A DNA stretch of 64,000 nucleotides from Pseudomonadota bacterium. GTDB taxonomy: Bacteria; Pseudomonadota; Alphaproteobacteria; Sphingomonadales; Sphingomonadaceae. The stretch spans positions 104,669 to 168,668 of the forward strand of contig JAZJZO010000001.1 in NCBI GenBank assembly GCA_040389765.1, given 5' to 3'. Both the position numbers and the translations under genes were made by a program. A model generated the notes under the pieces. It made no database searches. It was not told the DNA's origin and saw only the letters and a program-made list of their open reading frames with translations. This document shows, one piece after another, positions 44,313 to 57,357 of this stretch (within the stretch, counting starts at the first letter, position 1; every line of letters starts with the position of its first letter).

Positions 44313-45373
44313 CCAGCGCTGCCGAGCCGTTCGCCGGAATAGTTTCCGTCGCGGATCGGCCGCCACCACCATTCATTGTCGAGGTACCAGGCGACCGTCT
44401 TCTCCAGGCCGGATTCGACCGTCTCTTCCGCCCGCCAGCCAAGCTGGCGCTCGATCTTCGACGGGTCGAGCGCATAGCGCAGGTCATGCCCCGGGCGGTC
44501 GGGGACGAAGCTGATCAGATTGCGATGGCTGGCCCCGCCGCTGCGCGGTCGCAAGCGGTCGAGAATGTCGCAAATGGCTTCGACGACGCCGAGGTTGGTA
44601 CGTTCGGCCCGCCCACCAACGTTGTAGCTTTCGCCCACCCTGCCCTTGGTCAGCACCACCTCGAGCGCGCGGGCGTGATCCTCGACGTAGAGCCAGTCGC
44701 GGACGTTCTCGCCTTTCCCGTAGATCGGCAGTAGCCTCTCCTCGAGCGCATTGAGGATGACGAGGGGGATCAGCTTTTCCGGGAAGTGGTACGGCCCGTA
44801 ATTGTTCGAACAATTAGTCAGGATCACCGGTAGCCCGTAAGTCACGTGCCAGGCGCGAACCAAATGGTCGGCCCCTGCCTTCGAGGCCGAATAGGGCGAG
44901 GATGGGTCGTACGGACTCTCTTCGGTGAACATCTCCTCGTCGAGATCGAGCGCGCCGAACACCTCGTCGGTCGAGATATGGTGAAAGCGGAAGGCGTCGC
45001 GCTTCTCGCCTTCGAGCGTGCGCCAATACCCGAGCGCCGCATCGAGCAGGCGAAAGGTCCCGACGACATTGGTCTCGACGAACTGTCCGGGCCCATCGAT
45101 CGACCGGTCGACGTGGGTTTCGGCAGCGAGGTGCATGATCGCGTTCGGCTGCTCGTCCGCGATCACCCGCGCGATTGCCGGCCCGTCGCAGATATCGACC
45201 TGATGGAAGCGATAAGCGGGAGAGCCGGCAACGTCGCGCAGCGAGTCGAGATTGCCGGAATAGGTTAGCTTGTCGACGTTCGCGACCTCGTACCCGTGGC
45301 CGATCAGATGACGGACCAGGGCGCTGCCGATGAAGCCGGCGCCGCCGGTCACGAGGATCTTACGCCGCGCCAT
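44309..45373 (-). CDS. rmlB: dTDP-glucose 4,6-dehydratase
   Basis: [36 protein letters not shown] and [17 protein letters not shown] motifs. Confidence 0.95.
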   Translation of the reverse strand: MARRKILVTGGAGFIGSALVRHLIGHGYEVANVDKLTYSGNLDSLRDVAGSPAYRFHQVDICDGPAIARVIADEQPNAIMHLAAETHVDRSIDGPGQFVETNVVGTFRLLDAALGYWRTLEGEKRDAFRFHHISTDEVFGALDLDEEMFTEESPYDPSSPYSASKAGADHLVRAWHVTYGLPVILTNCSNNYGPYHFPEKLIPLVILNALEERLLPIYGKGENVRDWLYVEDHARALEVVLTKGRVGESYNVGGRAERTNLGVVEAICDILDRLRPRSGGASHRNLISFVPDRPGHDLRYALDPSKIERQLGWRAEETVESGLEKTVAWYLDNEWWWRPIRDGNYSGERLGSAG

Positions 45374-45933
45374 CAGCCAAGCTCGCGCCTGAGCTGCTCG
45401 AGGGTCGGGGCTGTTCGGTCCTTTTCCGACAGCTGGAATCGTGCGCCGACGTCAGGCCATTCGATGCCGAGCGCGGGATCGTCAAAACGAAGGCTGCGCT
45501 CGAGTTTCCGGTCGTAGGGCGCGCTGACCTTGTACTGGACTTCGCAATTGTCGGTCAGCGTGAGGAAGCCGTGGGCGAAGCCGGCAGGGATCAGGAGCTG
45601 GTTCCACAGCTCGGCGGACAAGGTCATGCCGAGCCATTGGCCGAAAGTGCTGGATTGCGGCCGAATGTCGACGGCGACGTCGAACACCGCCCCCCTCGTC
45701 ACTCGGACGAGCTTGTCCTGCGCCGCCGGCTCAAGCTGGAAATGCAGGCCGCGCAGCACGCCCTTCGCCGCCGAGAAGCTGTGATTGTCCTGGACGAACT
45801 CGGCCTGGATGCCGGCTTCCGCTAGGGCGTCGCGATTCCAGACTTCTGAGAAAAAGCCGCGGTCGTCGGCGAACTTCGGAACGCGAAGCTCGACTAGTCC
45901 CTCCAGCGCGACGGGCCGCACGTCATAGCGCAT
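45373..45933 (-). CDS. rmlC: dTDP-4-dehydrorhamnose 3,5-epimerase
   Basis: The internal ATG at 45933 gives [33 protein letters not shown] and AHGFLTL motifs are present. Confidence 0.9.
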   Translation of the reverse strand: MRYDVRPVALEGLVELRVPKFADDRGFFSEVWNRDALAEAGIQAEFVQDNHSFSAAKGVLRGLHFQLEPAAQDKLVRVTRGAVFDVAVDIRPQSSTFGQWLGMTLSAELWNQLLIPAGFAHGFLTLTDNCEVQYKVSAPYDRKLERSLRFDDPALGIEWPDVGARFQLSEKDRTAPTLEQLRRELG

Positions 45934-46807
45934 CCCGAACCTCGATCGCACGACGGCGAAGATAATCGGCATAGCCGGTGTCGCCGAGCTTGTCGGCGCG
46001 GGCGAGCACCTGGTCGGGCGCGACATAGCCGAGCTCGAGCGCAATTTCCTCGAGGCACATGACCTTCAAGCCCTGGCGATATTCGATTGCACGAACGAAT
46101 GAGGCTGCGTCGTGCAGGCTTTCGTGGGTGCCCGTGTCGAGCCAGGCAAAGCCGCGGCCGAGGCGCGTGACATGAAGTGCCCCACGGTCGAGATAGGCGC
46201 GATTGACGTCGGTGATCTCAAGTTCGCCTCGGCCTGATGGCTTTAACGAAGACGCTATTTCGACGACCTCGCGGTCGTAGAAATAGAGGCCCGTGACCGC
46301 CCAGGTCGACTGTGGCTGCGCCGGCTTTTCCTCGATGGAAAGAGCGCTGCCGCTGGCCGCATCGAAGGTGATGACACCGTAGCGCTGCGGGTCCTGCACC
46401 GGATAGGCGAAGACCGTAGCGCCGCTATCGCGCGAAGCCGCGCCGCGAACGAGCTCGATTAGTCCGGCGCCGTAGAAGATGTTGTCGCCAAGGATCAGCG
46501 CTACCGGGCTGTCGGCGATGAACTCGCGCGCAATAAGAAATGCTTCGGCAATGCCCCGCGGTTCGGCCTGTTCGGCGTAGGCGAGCGAAATGCCGAATTC
46601 GCCGCCGTCGCCAAGGAGCGCGCGAAAGCGCGGCAGCTCAGCGGGCGTGGAAATGACCATGATGTCGCGGATTCCGGCGAGCATCAGCACGCCGAGCGGA
46701 TAATAAATCATCGGCTTGTCGAAGACCGGCAGGAGCTGTTTCGACATGGCAAGGGTCGCAGGAAAGAGGCGGCTGCCGCTACCACCCGCAAGGACGATCC
46801 CTTTCAC
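45923..46807 (-). CDS. rmlA: Glucose-1-phosphate thymidylyltransferase
   Basis: [34 protein letters not shown] and LGDNIFYG motifs. Confidence 0.95.
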   Translation of the reverse strand: MKGIVLAGGSGSRLFPATLAMSKQLLPVFDKPMIYYPLGVLMLAGIRDIMVISTPAELPRFRALLGDGGEFGISLAYAEQAEPRGIAEAFLIAREFIADSPVALILGDNIFYGAGLIELVRGAASRDSGATVFAYPVQDPQRYGVITFDAASGSALSIEEKPAQPQSTWAVTGLYFYDREVVEIASSLKPSGRGELEITDVNRAYLDRGALHVTRLGRGFAWLDTGTHESLHDAASFVRAIEYRQGLKVMCLEEIALELGYVAPDQVLARADKLGDTGYADYLRRRAIEVRDAL

Positions 46808-46903
46808 GCTACCTCCGCCCCACCTGCTAAGCGGCCGGGTTTACCCTTGGCCATGGCGCGAAGGCAATGCGAGCGACCCGCGCTATCACCGCCGGTAGCA
46901 GGC

Positions 46904-48019
46904 CTAAAACGGATAAAACTGATAAGGAATCCAATATTTCGAGAACTGAGCATAGTTGAGCCAGACGAACTCGACCGCGGCAAGGTAGAGGATGACTCCC
47001 ATCGCCGTCGAAGCGCCATTTCGGCTCAACAGCGGAAGCCGCGAGATGACCGCGATCTGCAGCGGCATCAGGTAAAGCGAAACGCGGTCCACCGCAGTGG
47101 ATGATGGCAGGACGGCGAGCAGGACCAGCATCACCACCGCCGCAAGCGAGAAATTGCGCCAGATCTTATATTCGTGGCTTTCAAACTCAAGCCGCCTGCC
47201 CGCAATGTAGAAACAGCCCGCGGCGACGATATTCATGGAAACCCGAATGAAGGCGCCCTGGGACGAATAGGCCGTGTCGAGGTAATTGGCGACATAGGCA
47301 TCCATGTTTTTGCCGAGGAAGAATTGGTAAAGCACGATGCCAATCGACCCGAGAAGGGCAGCGTTGATCACCGGGCTGCCTCGCGAAGACCAGGCCACAA
47401 TCGGAAAGATCACGACCGCCGTGGAATGGAAGGTAGCCGCCAGCGCCACATAGATGGAGAAATTCAGTGGCGAAGCGCCCTTGGCCTGCCGAGCCAGGCC
47501 CGCCATCAGCACGCCAAGCGCGACTGCCTGCCGAGTATAGCCCATGGCAACAACGATCACGAGGTAGGGAATGGCAACGCAGAAGGCGAGCCAAGGGCGC
47601 GGCTGGGCAGCACAGAAGCGAAGTAGCCCCCATCCGAAAATGGCGCCGCTGACCAAGTTCACCATCCACACTTGGGCACCGTATTGGCCGACTGCCCAAT
47701 TGATGGCCTCATACCCCGGATCGCCCAGTTGAAGCGCGCTGCTCAGCGACGTACGCCGGGCGCCATCGAAGATGTCGACATAGGCCTGCCAATCGGCGCC
47801 GACGCGGTAGCGCAGACCGATCAGGGCGATGGTCATCAGCGTTCCGATGACCAGCATCGCGGAGATTTTGCCGCGGCTCGAATGAGGCGCGTAGGTCGCG
47901 CCGGTCGGATAGGCGCCGACGGGATAGGCCCCTGGCATGGCGCCGGCGTTCCGCAGCCTTGGGCCCTCTGAGAGAGCGCCGGCGGCAAAAAAGACAAGAA
48001 GGAACCAGTAGATCAGCAC
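46904..48019 (-). CDS. EpsG-family polytopic membrane protein (putative Wzy-like polysaccharide polymerase)
   Basis: Multi-TM protein with the EpsG-type motif RYRVGADWQAYVDIF. The start was set at GTG 48019 because a GGAGGA SD lies 7 nt upstream. The longer ORF to 48127 would overlap the dehydrogenase gene. Confidence 0.7.
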   Translation of the reverse strand: MLIYWFLLVFFAAGALSEGPRLRNAGAMPGAYPVGAYPTGATYAPHSSRGKISAMLVIGTLMTIALIGLRYRVGADWQAYVDIFDGARRTSLSSALQLGDPGYEAINWAVGQYGAQVWMVNLVSGAIFGWGLLRFCAAQPRPWLAFCVAIPYLVIVVAMGYTRQAVALGVLMAGLARQAKGASPLNFSIYVALAATFHSTAVVIFPIVAWSSRGSPVINAALLGSIGIVLYQFFLGKNMDAYVANYLDTAYSSQGAFIRVSMNIVAAGCFYIAGRRLEFESHEYKIWRNFSLAAVVMLVLLAVLPSSTAVDRVSLYLMPLQIAVISRLPLLSRNGASTAMGVILYLAAVEFVWLNYAQFSKYWIPYQFYPF

Positions 48020-48095
48020 TTGGCGTTCCTCCAGGCCGGACCCAGTCCCGTTGCGGCGGCCGGTACATAGCCCAAGCAGCCCCGGCGGCAACCGA

Positions 48096-49373
48096 CTAGA
48101 GCGTCCAGCGGTCGACCTCCTGGCCAAGATCGCGGTCTCGCCACATGCCCTTGAGATCGGCCAACGTGCCCCCGGGCGCCAGCAATGCGGCGAGACGCTT
48201 GGGGTCCATCTCGCGATAGGCGTGATGCTGGACGGCGCCGACGACCAGATCGTAACGCCGCTCTCCCGGCTCGGTCACGCTCAGCGCATATTCGCGCTCC
48301 ACCTCCTCCGGCGAAGCGAGAGCATCGGCGACGTCAACCTCGTGCCCCAGCCACCTCAAGCGCCGGACGACGTCGATGCTCCGGCTGTTGCGAAGGTCGG
48401 GGACATTTTCCTTGAACGTCAGGCCGAGGACCAGCGCGCTTCCGGCCTTGCCGCGCCGGTCGTGCAGGGTGTCGGCTATCCACGCGCCCATGCCGTCATT
48501 GATGCCGCGGCCGGCCAGGATGACGCGCGGGTCGTGCCCGAACTGCTTGGCGAGGTGGCTGAGATAATAAGGATCGACCCCGATACAGTGGCCGCCGACC
48601 AGCCCCGGCTCGAAACCGAGAAAATTCCATTTGGTCCGGGCCGCCGCGAGCACGTCCCACACCGAAACGCCGATCTTCGAGAAGATCTGGGCGACCTCAT
48701 TCATGAAGGCGATGTTGATGTCACGCTGCGCGTTCTCGATCGCCTTGGCTGCTTCCGCCGCCTTGATCGACGCGGCGCGGAAGACACCGCCGCTAGTGAC
48801 CGCGCCATAGATTTCGGCGAGCTGCTCGACGACTTCCGCATCCTCCCCGGCGATGACCTTGGTGATGCGATCGACCGTGTGTTCGCGGTCGCCCGGGTTA
48901 ATGCGTTCGGGCGAATAGCCGAGGCGAAAATCCCGGCCGCGCTGGAGCCCAGCGGCGCGTTCGATCTCCGGTCCGCAAAGATCGTCGGTGACGCCCGGAT
49001 AAACCGTGCTCTCATAGACGACGGTCGGCCGCTTCGCGGGATCGATCAGGCTCGCGACCATACGCGTCGCAGCCATGACCGCGGTAAGGTCGGGGCGATT
49101 GCTGGCATCGACCGGGGTCGGAACGGTGACGATGTAAAAGTCCGCGCCCGCGCACTCGTCCGCCTGGTCAGTCAGCTTTAGCTTCGTTTCGCCCAAGGCC
49201 TTCTCTTCGACCTCGTTGGTCCGGTCGAAGCCCTTCCCGAGCTCGGCAATGCGGCCGGAATCGATATCGAAGCCGATCGTGTCGAACCTGCGCGCCAAAG
49301 CGACGGCGAGAGGAAGCCCGACATAGCCGAGGCCGACGACGACGATACGCGGTTGGTCGTTCATGCCGTTCAA
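48096..49373 (-). CDS. Nucleotide-sugar 6-dehydrogenase (TviB/WbpO/VipA-like subfamily)
   Basis: IVVVGLGYVGLPLAVALA Rossmann motif, the catalytic-Cys region GLVGGHCIGVDPYY, and a length of 425 aa. Confidence 0.9.
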   Translation of the reverse strand: MNGMNDQPRIVVVGLGYVGLPLAVALARRFDTIGFDIDSGRIAELGKGFDRTNEVEEKALGETKLKLTDQADECAGADFYIVTVPTPVDASNRPDLTAVMAATRMVASLIDPAKRPTVVYESTVYPGVTDDLCGPEIERAAGLQRGRDFRLGYSPERINPGDREHTVDRITKVIAGEDAEVVEQLAEIYGAVTSGGVFRAASIKAAEAAKAIENAQRDINIAFMNEVAQIFSKIGVSVWDVLAAARTKWNFLGFEPGLVGGHCIGVDPYYLSHLAKQFGHDPRVILAGRGINDGMGAWIADTLHDRRGKAGSALVLGLTFKENVPDLRNSRSIDVVRRLRWLGHEVDVADALASPEEVEREYALSVTEPGERRYDLVVGAVQHHAYREMDPKRLAALLAPGGTLADLKGMWRDRDLGQEVDRWTL

Positions 49374-49407
49374 CTATGGGGGAAAGCGCGCCTCGGCAAC
49401 CAAGCGC

Positions 49408-50039
49408 TCAGGCGGTGCGCCGAAACAGGATCATCAGGTTATTGGCCGGCATCGCCCGGGTTTCGACGAGTTCGAACGCGGGAGCCGCCGCAGCGGCAAA
49501 ATCTTCGACCCGGCGGAGTCCCCACTCCGGGTCGCGCACCTTCAAATCCGTATCGAACGCGAGATTGCTCGGGACCGGCTCGACCGCGTCGGTGAGCCAG
49601 GGGCCGTAGAGGATCAGCGGGCCGCGTGGCGGCAAGATTTGCGCCGCGCCTGCGATCAGCCCCAGTGCCGAGGCCCAGGGACTGATGTGCACCATGTTGA
49701 TGCTGAGCACTGCATCGGCGGTCTCAATCGGCCATTCGCGGGAGGCGGCGTCGATCACGCAGGGCGCCCGAAGGTTGGGCAGGTCGGCTTCTGACTGCCG
49801 CGCCGCAATCGAAGCCAGCGCATCGGGATGCACGTCGCTCGGCTGCCAATCGAGCGCCGGAAACTCCCGCGCGAAATGTTCGGCATGCTCGCCGGTGCCG
49901 CTTGCGATCTCCAGCACTAGCCCGCTCTGCGGGAGCCAATCACGCAGCACCTCGGCGATCGGCTCCCGATTCCGGAGCGCGGCCGGCGCCGACCGTTTCG
50001 CGCCCGCCGCTACTCCTTCGTAGAAGCGGCGCTCGTCGG

Positions 50040-50043
<4 letters not shown>
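49408..50043 (-). CDS. DUF938-family (SAM-methyltransferase-fold) protein
   Basis: SAPAALRNREPIAEVL and VLEIASGTGEHAEHFA match the DUF938 pattern as I recall it. Its start overlaps the gcvPB stop. Confidence 0.7.
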
Positions 50044-51676
<1,633 letters not shown>

Positions 51677-51680
<4 letters not shown>

Positions 51681-53035
51681 TGGACCACCTCCTTCAGCGC
51701 GGCTTCCAGGGCGTCGACGTCCCCGTCGGTGGCGGTCTCGGTGACGGCGACGACCAGGCCGTTCGCCAGTGCTTCGACGCCCGGATAGAGCCGGCCCAGC
51801 GAAACGCCGCCGAGCACGCCCTTTTCGACCATCGCATGAACCGCGGGGCGCGCCTCGACCGGAAGCTTCAGCGTGAACTCATTGAAAAAGGCGTCGTTGA
51901 CCAGGCTCACTCCCGGAATCGCGGCAAGCCGTTCGGCCGCTTCGCACGCGCGCGCATGATTCAGGGAAGCGAGCTGCCTCAGGCCCTTCTCGCCGAGCAG
52001 GGTCATGTGCGCGGTCCAGGCCAGCGCGCACAGCACCGAGCTGGTGCAGATGTTGCTGGTCGCCTTCTCGCGCCGGATATGCTGCTCGCGGGTGGAGAGC
52101 GTCAGCACGAAGCCGCGCTTGCCCTCCGCGTCGACGGTTTCGCCGGCAAGGCGCCCCGGCATCTGCCGGACGTGCTTCTCGCGGCAGGCGAAGAGGCCGA
52201 CGTAGGGGCCGCCGAACTGCAGTCCGACGCCGATCGACTGGCCTTCGCCGACGACGATATCGGCGCCCATTTCGCCCGGCGACTTGATCAGCCCGAGCGC
52301 GACCGGCTCGGTAATCACGGCAATGAGGAGGGCGCCGGCGGCATGCGCGGCCTCGGCAATCGGCGTGAGGTCGGTGATCCGGCCCAGGATGTCAGGATAT
52401 TGGACGACGATCGCGCTCGTCTCATTCGTGATCGCAGCGATGAGCCGCTCGGCGTCGGTCTCGGCCGTCAGCTCGGGCAGCGCCGTATCGAGCGCGTCGC
52501 CGGTGAACTTGGCCATGGTCGTGGCGACGCTGACGTAATGCGGGTGGACGCCGGAAGAGATGATCGCGCGGTTCCGATGCGTGACCCGGTGGGCCATCAG
52601 GATCGCTTCCCACATCGCGGTCGAGCCATCGTACATCGAGGCGTTGGCGACTTCGCAGCCGGTCAGCCGCGCAACCTGCGTCTGGAACTCAAACATCATC
52701 TGCAGCGTGCCCTGCGCGATTTCGGGCTGGTAGGGCGTGTAGCTGGTCAGGAACTCGCCGCGCTGGATGATATGGTCGACGCTCGCCGGCACATGGTGCC
52801 GGTAGGCGCCGCAGCCGAGGAAAAAGGGCACGTCGCCCGCGACCATGTTCTTGCGCGACAAGGCCGTCATGTGGCGCTCGACTGCAAGCTCCGACGCATG
52901 CATCGGCAGCTTCTCGATCGGGCCCTTGAGCCGCAGCTCCTCGGGCACGTCGCGGAACAGCTCGTCGATCGATCCCGCGCCGATCACGCGCAGCATCTCG
53001 CTGCGGTCGGCATCGGAAAGGGGCAGGTAACGCAT
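51677..53035 (-). CDS. gcvPA: Glycine dehydrogenase (decarboxylating) subunit 1
   Basis: The internal ATG at 53035 gives [31 protein letters not shown] and [15 protein letters not shown] motifs are present. Its stop overlaps the gcvPB start. Confidence 0.95.
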
Positions 53036-53796
53036 CAGGCGGGCTTCCTCATGATGAAGCGAAGGCGGACATAATCGGCGACGTTCGATCCGATGCGGTC
53101 GGCGACCGCGCTCCCGATCTCGGCACGCTCGGCATCGGGGACGTGGGCGCGGTCGAGCCAGCCCTTGCGGAACGTGGTCACCCACTGGTCGACGCCATGG
53201 TCGATCGGCGTCGGGCGTTCGATCAGGCGCGCGTCGATCTCACCGAAGCCGGCCGCTTCATAGACGGCGGCAAATTCCTCGGGCGAAGCGTACCAATTGC
53301 TGGCTTCGACCGGCGGCACGTAGCCGCGGATGATCAGCTCCTCATCGAGCGCCTCGCGAAGCTTGGCGAGATTGCCCTCCCCGCCCATCTCGCCCGCGAA
53401 GCGGCCACCGGCCTTGATCGCGCGGAAGATGGCGCGGGCGGCCTGCTCCTTCGCCAGCACCCAATGCAGGGTCGCGTTGGAAAAGACCGCGTCGAACTCG
53501 CCCGCGAAGGGCATGTCGGTGACGTCCATGAGCAGCGCGTCGATGCCGTTTTCGCGGGCCGCCGCGATCATCTCGGGCGAATTGTCGATCCCGAGCACCG
53601 AGGCGCCGCCCTCCATGATCTTTCGGGTCAGGGTCCCTTCGCCGCAACCGACGTCGAGGATCCGCTCGCCGGGCTGCGGATCCAAGAGGTCGAGCGCCGC
53701 CTGCCCGAGCTCGGCGACGAAGCCGCCGACGCGGGCATAGTCCGCAGCGTCCCACTTGCTGGTGGACGCAGGATTCTGGGAAGCGGTCTGGCTCAA
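53035..53796 (-). CDS. Class I SAM-dependent methyltransferase inserted between gcvH and gcvPA
   Basis: [15 protein letters not shown] (motif I) and [13 protein letters not shown]. The proposed TTG start at 53796 overlaps the gcvH stop (TTGA), and its stop shares one nucleotide with the gcvPA ATG. Confidence 0.75.
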   Translation of the reverse strand: MSQTASQNPASTSKWDAADYARVGGFVAELGQAALDLLDPQPGERILDVGCGEGTLTRKIMEGGASVLGIDNSPEMIAAARENGIDALLMDVTDMPFAGEFDAVFSNATLHWVLAKEQAARAIFRAIKAGGRFAGEMGGEGNLAKLREALDEELIIRGYVPPVEASNWYASPEEFAAVYEAAGFGEIDARLIERPTPIDHGVDQWVTTFRKGWLDRAHVPDAERAEIGSAVADRIGSNVADYVRLRFIMRKPA

Positions 53797-54164
53797 AGCG
53801 TCGCCAGGAAATCGCGATAGGCGGCTTCGTCCATGAGGCCCTCGAGCTCGCCCGGGTCGGACAGGCGGAGCCGGAAGAACCACCCCTCGCCTTCAGGATC
53901 GCGATTGATGATCGCTGGATCGTCCGCGATCGCCGGATTGCCTTCGGTCACCTCACCGGAGACCGGCGCATAGACGTCGGAGGCGGCCTTGACCGATTCC
54001 ACGACCGCGGCCTCCTGGCCCTTGCTGACCTGGCGGCCTGCTTCGGGGACTTCGGCGAAGACGATGTCGCCCAGCGCTTCCTGCGCATGGTTGGAAATCC
54101 CGACCGTGGCCGTGTCGCCATCGACCGAAATCCATTCATGGTCCTTGGTGAAAAAAGTGGGCAT
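53793..54164 (-). CDS. gcvH: Glycine cleavage system H protein
   Basis: 123 aa with the lipoyl-lysine motif [17 protein letters not shown] and the TKDHEWI motif. Confidence 0.95.
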   Translation of the reverse strand: MPTFFTKDHEWISVDGDTATVGISNHAQEALGDIVFAEVPEAGRQVSKGQEAAVVESVKAASDVYAPVSGEVTEGNPAIADDPAIINRDPEGEGWFFRLRLSDPGELEGLMDEAAYRDFLATL

Positions 54165-55363
54165 CAGGCAGCTCCCTTGCGGTGATAGCGGTGGGGGACG
54201 AAGGGCATTGGCACGATTGTGGCGTCGAACAGCTTGCCGCGCTGTTCGAGCTTCAGGGCGGTGCCGGCGTCCGCGAACGGGGCGGCGACGTAGCCCATGG
54301 CGATCGGCCGCTGGAGCGACGGCGAGAAGCCGCCGCTGGTGATCTTGCCCAGCTCATTGCCTTCGCCGTCGAGGATGAGCGCGCCCTCGCGGACCGGCTG
54401 GCGGCCCTCGACATGGAAGCCGACCCGCAATTGCGCCGGCCCGTTTTGAAGCTCGGCGAGGACGCGGAGCGATCCCGGAAAGCCGCCTTCGGCCCGGCGT
54501 CGCTTGTTGATGGCGAAATTGAGCCCGGCCATGACCGGCGTCGTGCCAGTGTCGAGGTCGTGGCCGTAGAGTGGAAGGCCCGCCTCCAGCCGCAGCGAAT
54601 CGCGCGCGCCGAGGCCGATCGGCTTGACCAGGGCGTTCGCGGTCAAAGCGTCGGCAAGCGCGGCCGCGGCGCTGCCGGGCAGCGAAATCTCGAACCCGTC
54701 CTCGCCGGTGTAGCCCGAGCGGCTGATCCACAGGTTGTGCCCGTCCCAGTTGAACGGCCCCGCCTGCATGAAGCCGAGCTCGCTGACGCCGGGGATGATA
54801 TTTTCGAGCGCTTCGACGGCGCGCGGCCCCTGCAGCGCAAGCAGCGCCTGCTCCTTCATATGGTCGATGACTACTTCGCGCGGCAGGCGCTTTTCCATGT
54901 CGGCGATGTCGCCATATTTGGTCGCGCCATTGACCACGACGTAGAAATCGTCGCCGCGGCGGGTCGCCATCAGATCGTCGATGACGCCGCCTTCATCATC
55001 GAGCAGCAGCGAATATTTGGGCTTCATGTCTGCCGCCGCCTGGAAGTCGCCGGGCATCAGCGTTTCGAGCGCGGCGGCGACGTCCTGACCGTGGATCAGC
55101 AGCTGGCCCATGTGGCTGACGTCGAACAGGCCCGCATTCTCGCGCGTCCAGAGGTGCTCGGCCATGATGCCTTCGTACTGGACCGGCATTTCATAGCCCG
55201 CGAAAGGCACCATTCGCCCGCCGCGGTCGCGGTGCCACGAATCCAACGGGAGCTTGTCGAGCGGCCTGGGTTCGACGCCGGCGCCGCCTTCGGGGTCGCC
55301 GCTATAGGGCGTGCCCCGCGCCTGGGTCTCGTCGGTCGGGCCGTTGTGGGTTTCCCGGTTCAT
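54164..55363 (-). CDS. gcvT: Glycine cleavage system aminomethyltransferase T
   Basis: [23 protein letters not shown] and [14 protein letters not shown] motifs. The start at ATG 55363 has a GGAG SD upstream. The N-terminus is about 40 aa longer than the conserved core. Confidence 0.9.
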   Translation of the reverse strand: MNRETHNGPTDETQARGTPYSGDPEGGAGVEPRPLDKLPLDSWHRDRGGRMVPFAGYEMPVQYEGIMAEHLWTRENAGLFDVSHMGQLLIHGQDVAAALETLMPGDFQAAADMKPKYSLLLDDEGGVIDDLMATRRGDDFYVVVNGATKYGDIADMEKRLPREVVIDHMKEQALLALQGPRAVEALENIIPGVSELGFMQAGPFNWDGHNLWISRSGYTGEDGFEISLPGSAAAALADALTANALVKPIGLGARDSLRLEAGLPLYGHDLDTGTTPVMAGLNFAINKRRRAEGGFPGSLRVLAELQNGPAQLRVGFHVEGRQPVREGALILDGEGNELGKITSGGFSPSLQRPIAMGYVAAPFADAGTALKLEQRGKLFDATIVPMPFVPHRYHRKGAA

Positions 55364-55428
55364 CTTCGCGCTCCGCCAGCGAGGGTGCGACATCCAACGC
55401 TCTGGCGAACGTGAAGGCTGCCGCCCCC

Positions 55429-55597
55429 GTCTGTCTTTAGCGCCTGAGAGCTTTGCCCCTTCGGCGGCCCGCCGTCGCAGATGCTCCGGCGAACGCTTTC
55501 CAGACTGTCCAGGCCCGCGCGGTCCTTGGTGCCTGAGAGATTCCGGGGGCGGTTGCTCCTTCGGCGCCGTCCTTTTGGGACGAACTCTCCCGCGCGG
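55429..55597 (-). promoter_or_regulatory. Tandem glycine riboswitch (two aptamers) in the gcvT leader
   Basis: Read on the minus strand, aptamer 1 is CGCGCGGGAGAGTTCG...GGCGCCGAAGGAGCAACC...AATCTCTCAGGCACCAAGGACCGCGCG. Aptamer 2 is GTCTGGAAAGCG...GCCGCCGAAGGGGCAAAGCTCTCAGGCGCTAAAGACAGAC. Both carry the conserved GGAGAG/CCGAAGGRGCAA/CTCTCAGGC cores with closing P1 helices. Confidence 0.85.
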
Positions 55598-55666
55598 CCT
55601 TCCGGAAGCGAGCCTCCGGTGACGGAGCGACCCTTGGCTGGCCGCCGCGCGCGAGTCAACGAGAGC

Positions 55667-56308
55667 CTAGCGCGTGGCGTTATACTTGAGCTGGTCCTCG
55701 GTCAGCTGGAAGCCGATCAGGTGCTCAAAGGTCGCATTGGCGACCGCCTCGCGAACGCCCGGATCGGCCAGCGGATCGACCGCGGCTTCGCTTTCGCCGG
55801 CCCTGCGCGGGCGGGTCAGGATCGCACGGACGTTGGCCGGAAGCGAAGCGGCGCCGCGATTGACGCGGACTACCGCTTGCAGCCGGGTCCACGTGCGCGC
55901 CCGGCCCGGCGCGAAGTTGAGCACGGCGTTATGCACGGTCTTGGCCGACACCGTCTGCCCGCCGCGCAGCGCGACGTTGAAATAGGGCAGCATGACTTGG
56001 CGCGCCTCGCCCGAATCGCGGCGCAATGCGGTAATCGTGAAGGTGATGACCGACACCGAATCGTTTCCGACCGTCTGGCAGGTGGCGCGGACGTCGCTGA
56101 TCGACGCAGTGACATCGATCGCGCGGGAATCGGTGCTCCCGGCGGGGTCGAAGGTCGTGATGTCGCCGGTCGCGGCGGGAACGCCGGCGATCGGGCACGA
56201 GCTGCGGACCGCATAAATGCCGCCGCTTTCGTCGGCGACCTGGCCGGTCGTGCGGCACGCGCCGAGAAGCATCAGGGCGGTCAGGGGGGCTGCGGTGCGA
56301 AGCTTCAC
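55667..56308 (-). CDS. Lipoprotein of unknown function
   Basis: Signal peptide with lipobox LMLLGAC. 213 aa. I recognise no family. Confidence 0.6.
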   Translation of the reverse strand: MKLRTAAPLTALMLLGACRTTGQVADESGGIYAVRSSCPIAGVPAATGDITTFDPAGSTDSRAIDVTASISDVRATCQTVGNDSVSVITFTITALRRDSGEARQVMLPYFNVALRGGQTVSAKTVHNAVLNFAPGRARTWTRLQAVVRVNRGAASLPANVRAILTRPRRAGESEAAVDPLADPGVREAVANATFEHLIGFQLTEDQLKYNATR

Positions 56309-56388
56309 AGTGGGCGGGTCCTTGGCGTGTGCGGAAAGGTCCGGGCGTTCATAGGAAGGCCCTTCTATGCCTGCAAGCGAAGGCTTAC

Positions 56389-57357
56389 ATGCCTTTCGCG
56401 ATGCTGAACCGAACCTCCTCCAGACCGCCGCTCAAGGTGCTGATCGCCGCTCCCCGCGGCTTCTGTGCCGGCGTCGACCGGGCGATCCAGATTGTCGAAC
56501 TGGCGCTCGACCGGTTCGGAGCGCCGGTCTACGTCCGCCATGAGATCGTTCACAACCGCTTCGTGGTCGAAAGGCTGAAGGCCCTTGGCGCGATTTTCGT
56601 CGATGAGCTGGACGAGGTGCCCGACGATCGGCCGGTCGTTTTTTCCGCGCATGGGGTGCCCAAGTCGGTGCCGGCCGCGGCGCAAAACCGCTCGCTCACC
56701 TATGTCGATGCCACCTGCCCCCTGGTGTCCAAGGTTCACCGCCAGGCCGAGCGGCTGATCGAGGAAGGACGCCACATCCTTTTCATCGGCCACGCTGGCC
56801 ACCCCGAGGTGATCGGCACCTTCGGCCAGGTCCCCGCCGGCTCGATGACGCTTGTTGAAACCGTCGACGACGTCGCCAGCCTCGACCTGCCAGAAAGCGC
56901 CAACCTTGCCTTCCTGACCCAGACCACCCTGTCCGTCGATGACACGGCGCTGGTGGTCGATGCCCTCAAAGCCCGCTTCCCGGCGATCCGCGCGCCGCGC
57001 AGCGAGGATATTTGCTACGCCACCTCCAATCGCCAGGCCGCGGTGAAGGCGATCGCGGGTGAATGCGACCGCATGCTGGTGATCGGCGCGCCCAACAGCA
57101 GCAATTCGCTGCGCCTCGCCGAAGTCGCCGAGCGGCTGGGCGTCTCCGCCCGGCTGATCGAACGAGCGACCGAGATCGACTGGGACTGGCTTGGAACGCC
57201 GGCGACGCTTGGCGTCACCGCCGGGGCCTCGGCGCCCGAGGTCCTCGTCCGCGAAGTACTCGACGCCCTGCGCGAGCGCTTCGAAGTGACCGAGGAAACC
57301 GCCGACCACACGCCCGAGCGCATGGTCTTCAAGCTGCCGCGCGAGCTCGTCGCTTGA
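56389..57357 (+). CDS. ispH: 4-hydroxy-3-methylbut-2-enyl diphosphate reductase
   Basis: [34 protein letters not shown] and SSNSLRL motifs. The start is ATG 56389 or 56401. Confidence 0.9.
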   Translation: MPFAMLNRTSSRPPLKVLIAAPRGFCAGVDRAIQIVELALDRFGAPVYVRHEIVHNRFVVERLKALGAIFVDELDEVPDDRPVVFSAHGVPKSVPAAAQNRSLTYVDATCPLVSKVHRQAERLIEEGRHILFIGHAGHPEVIGTFGQVPAGSMTLVETVDDVASLDLPESANLAFLTQTTLSVDDTALVVDALKARFPAIRAPRSEDICYATSNRQAAVKAIAGECDRMLVIGAPNSSNSLRLAEVAERLGVSARLIERATEIDWDWLGTPATLGVTAGASAPEVLVREVLDALRERFEVTEETADHTPERMVFKLPRELVA

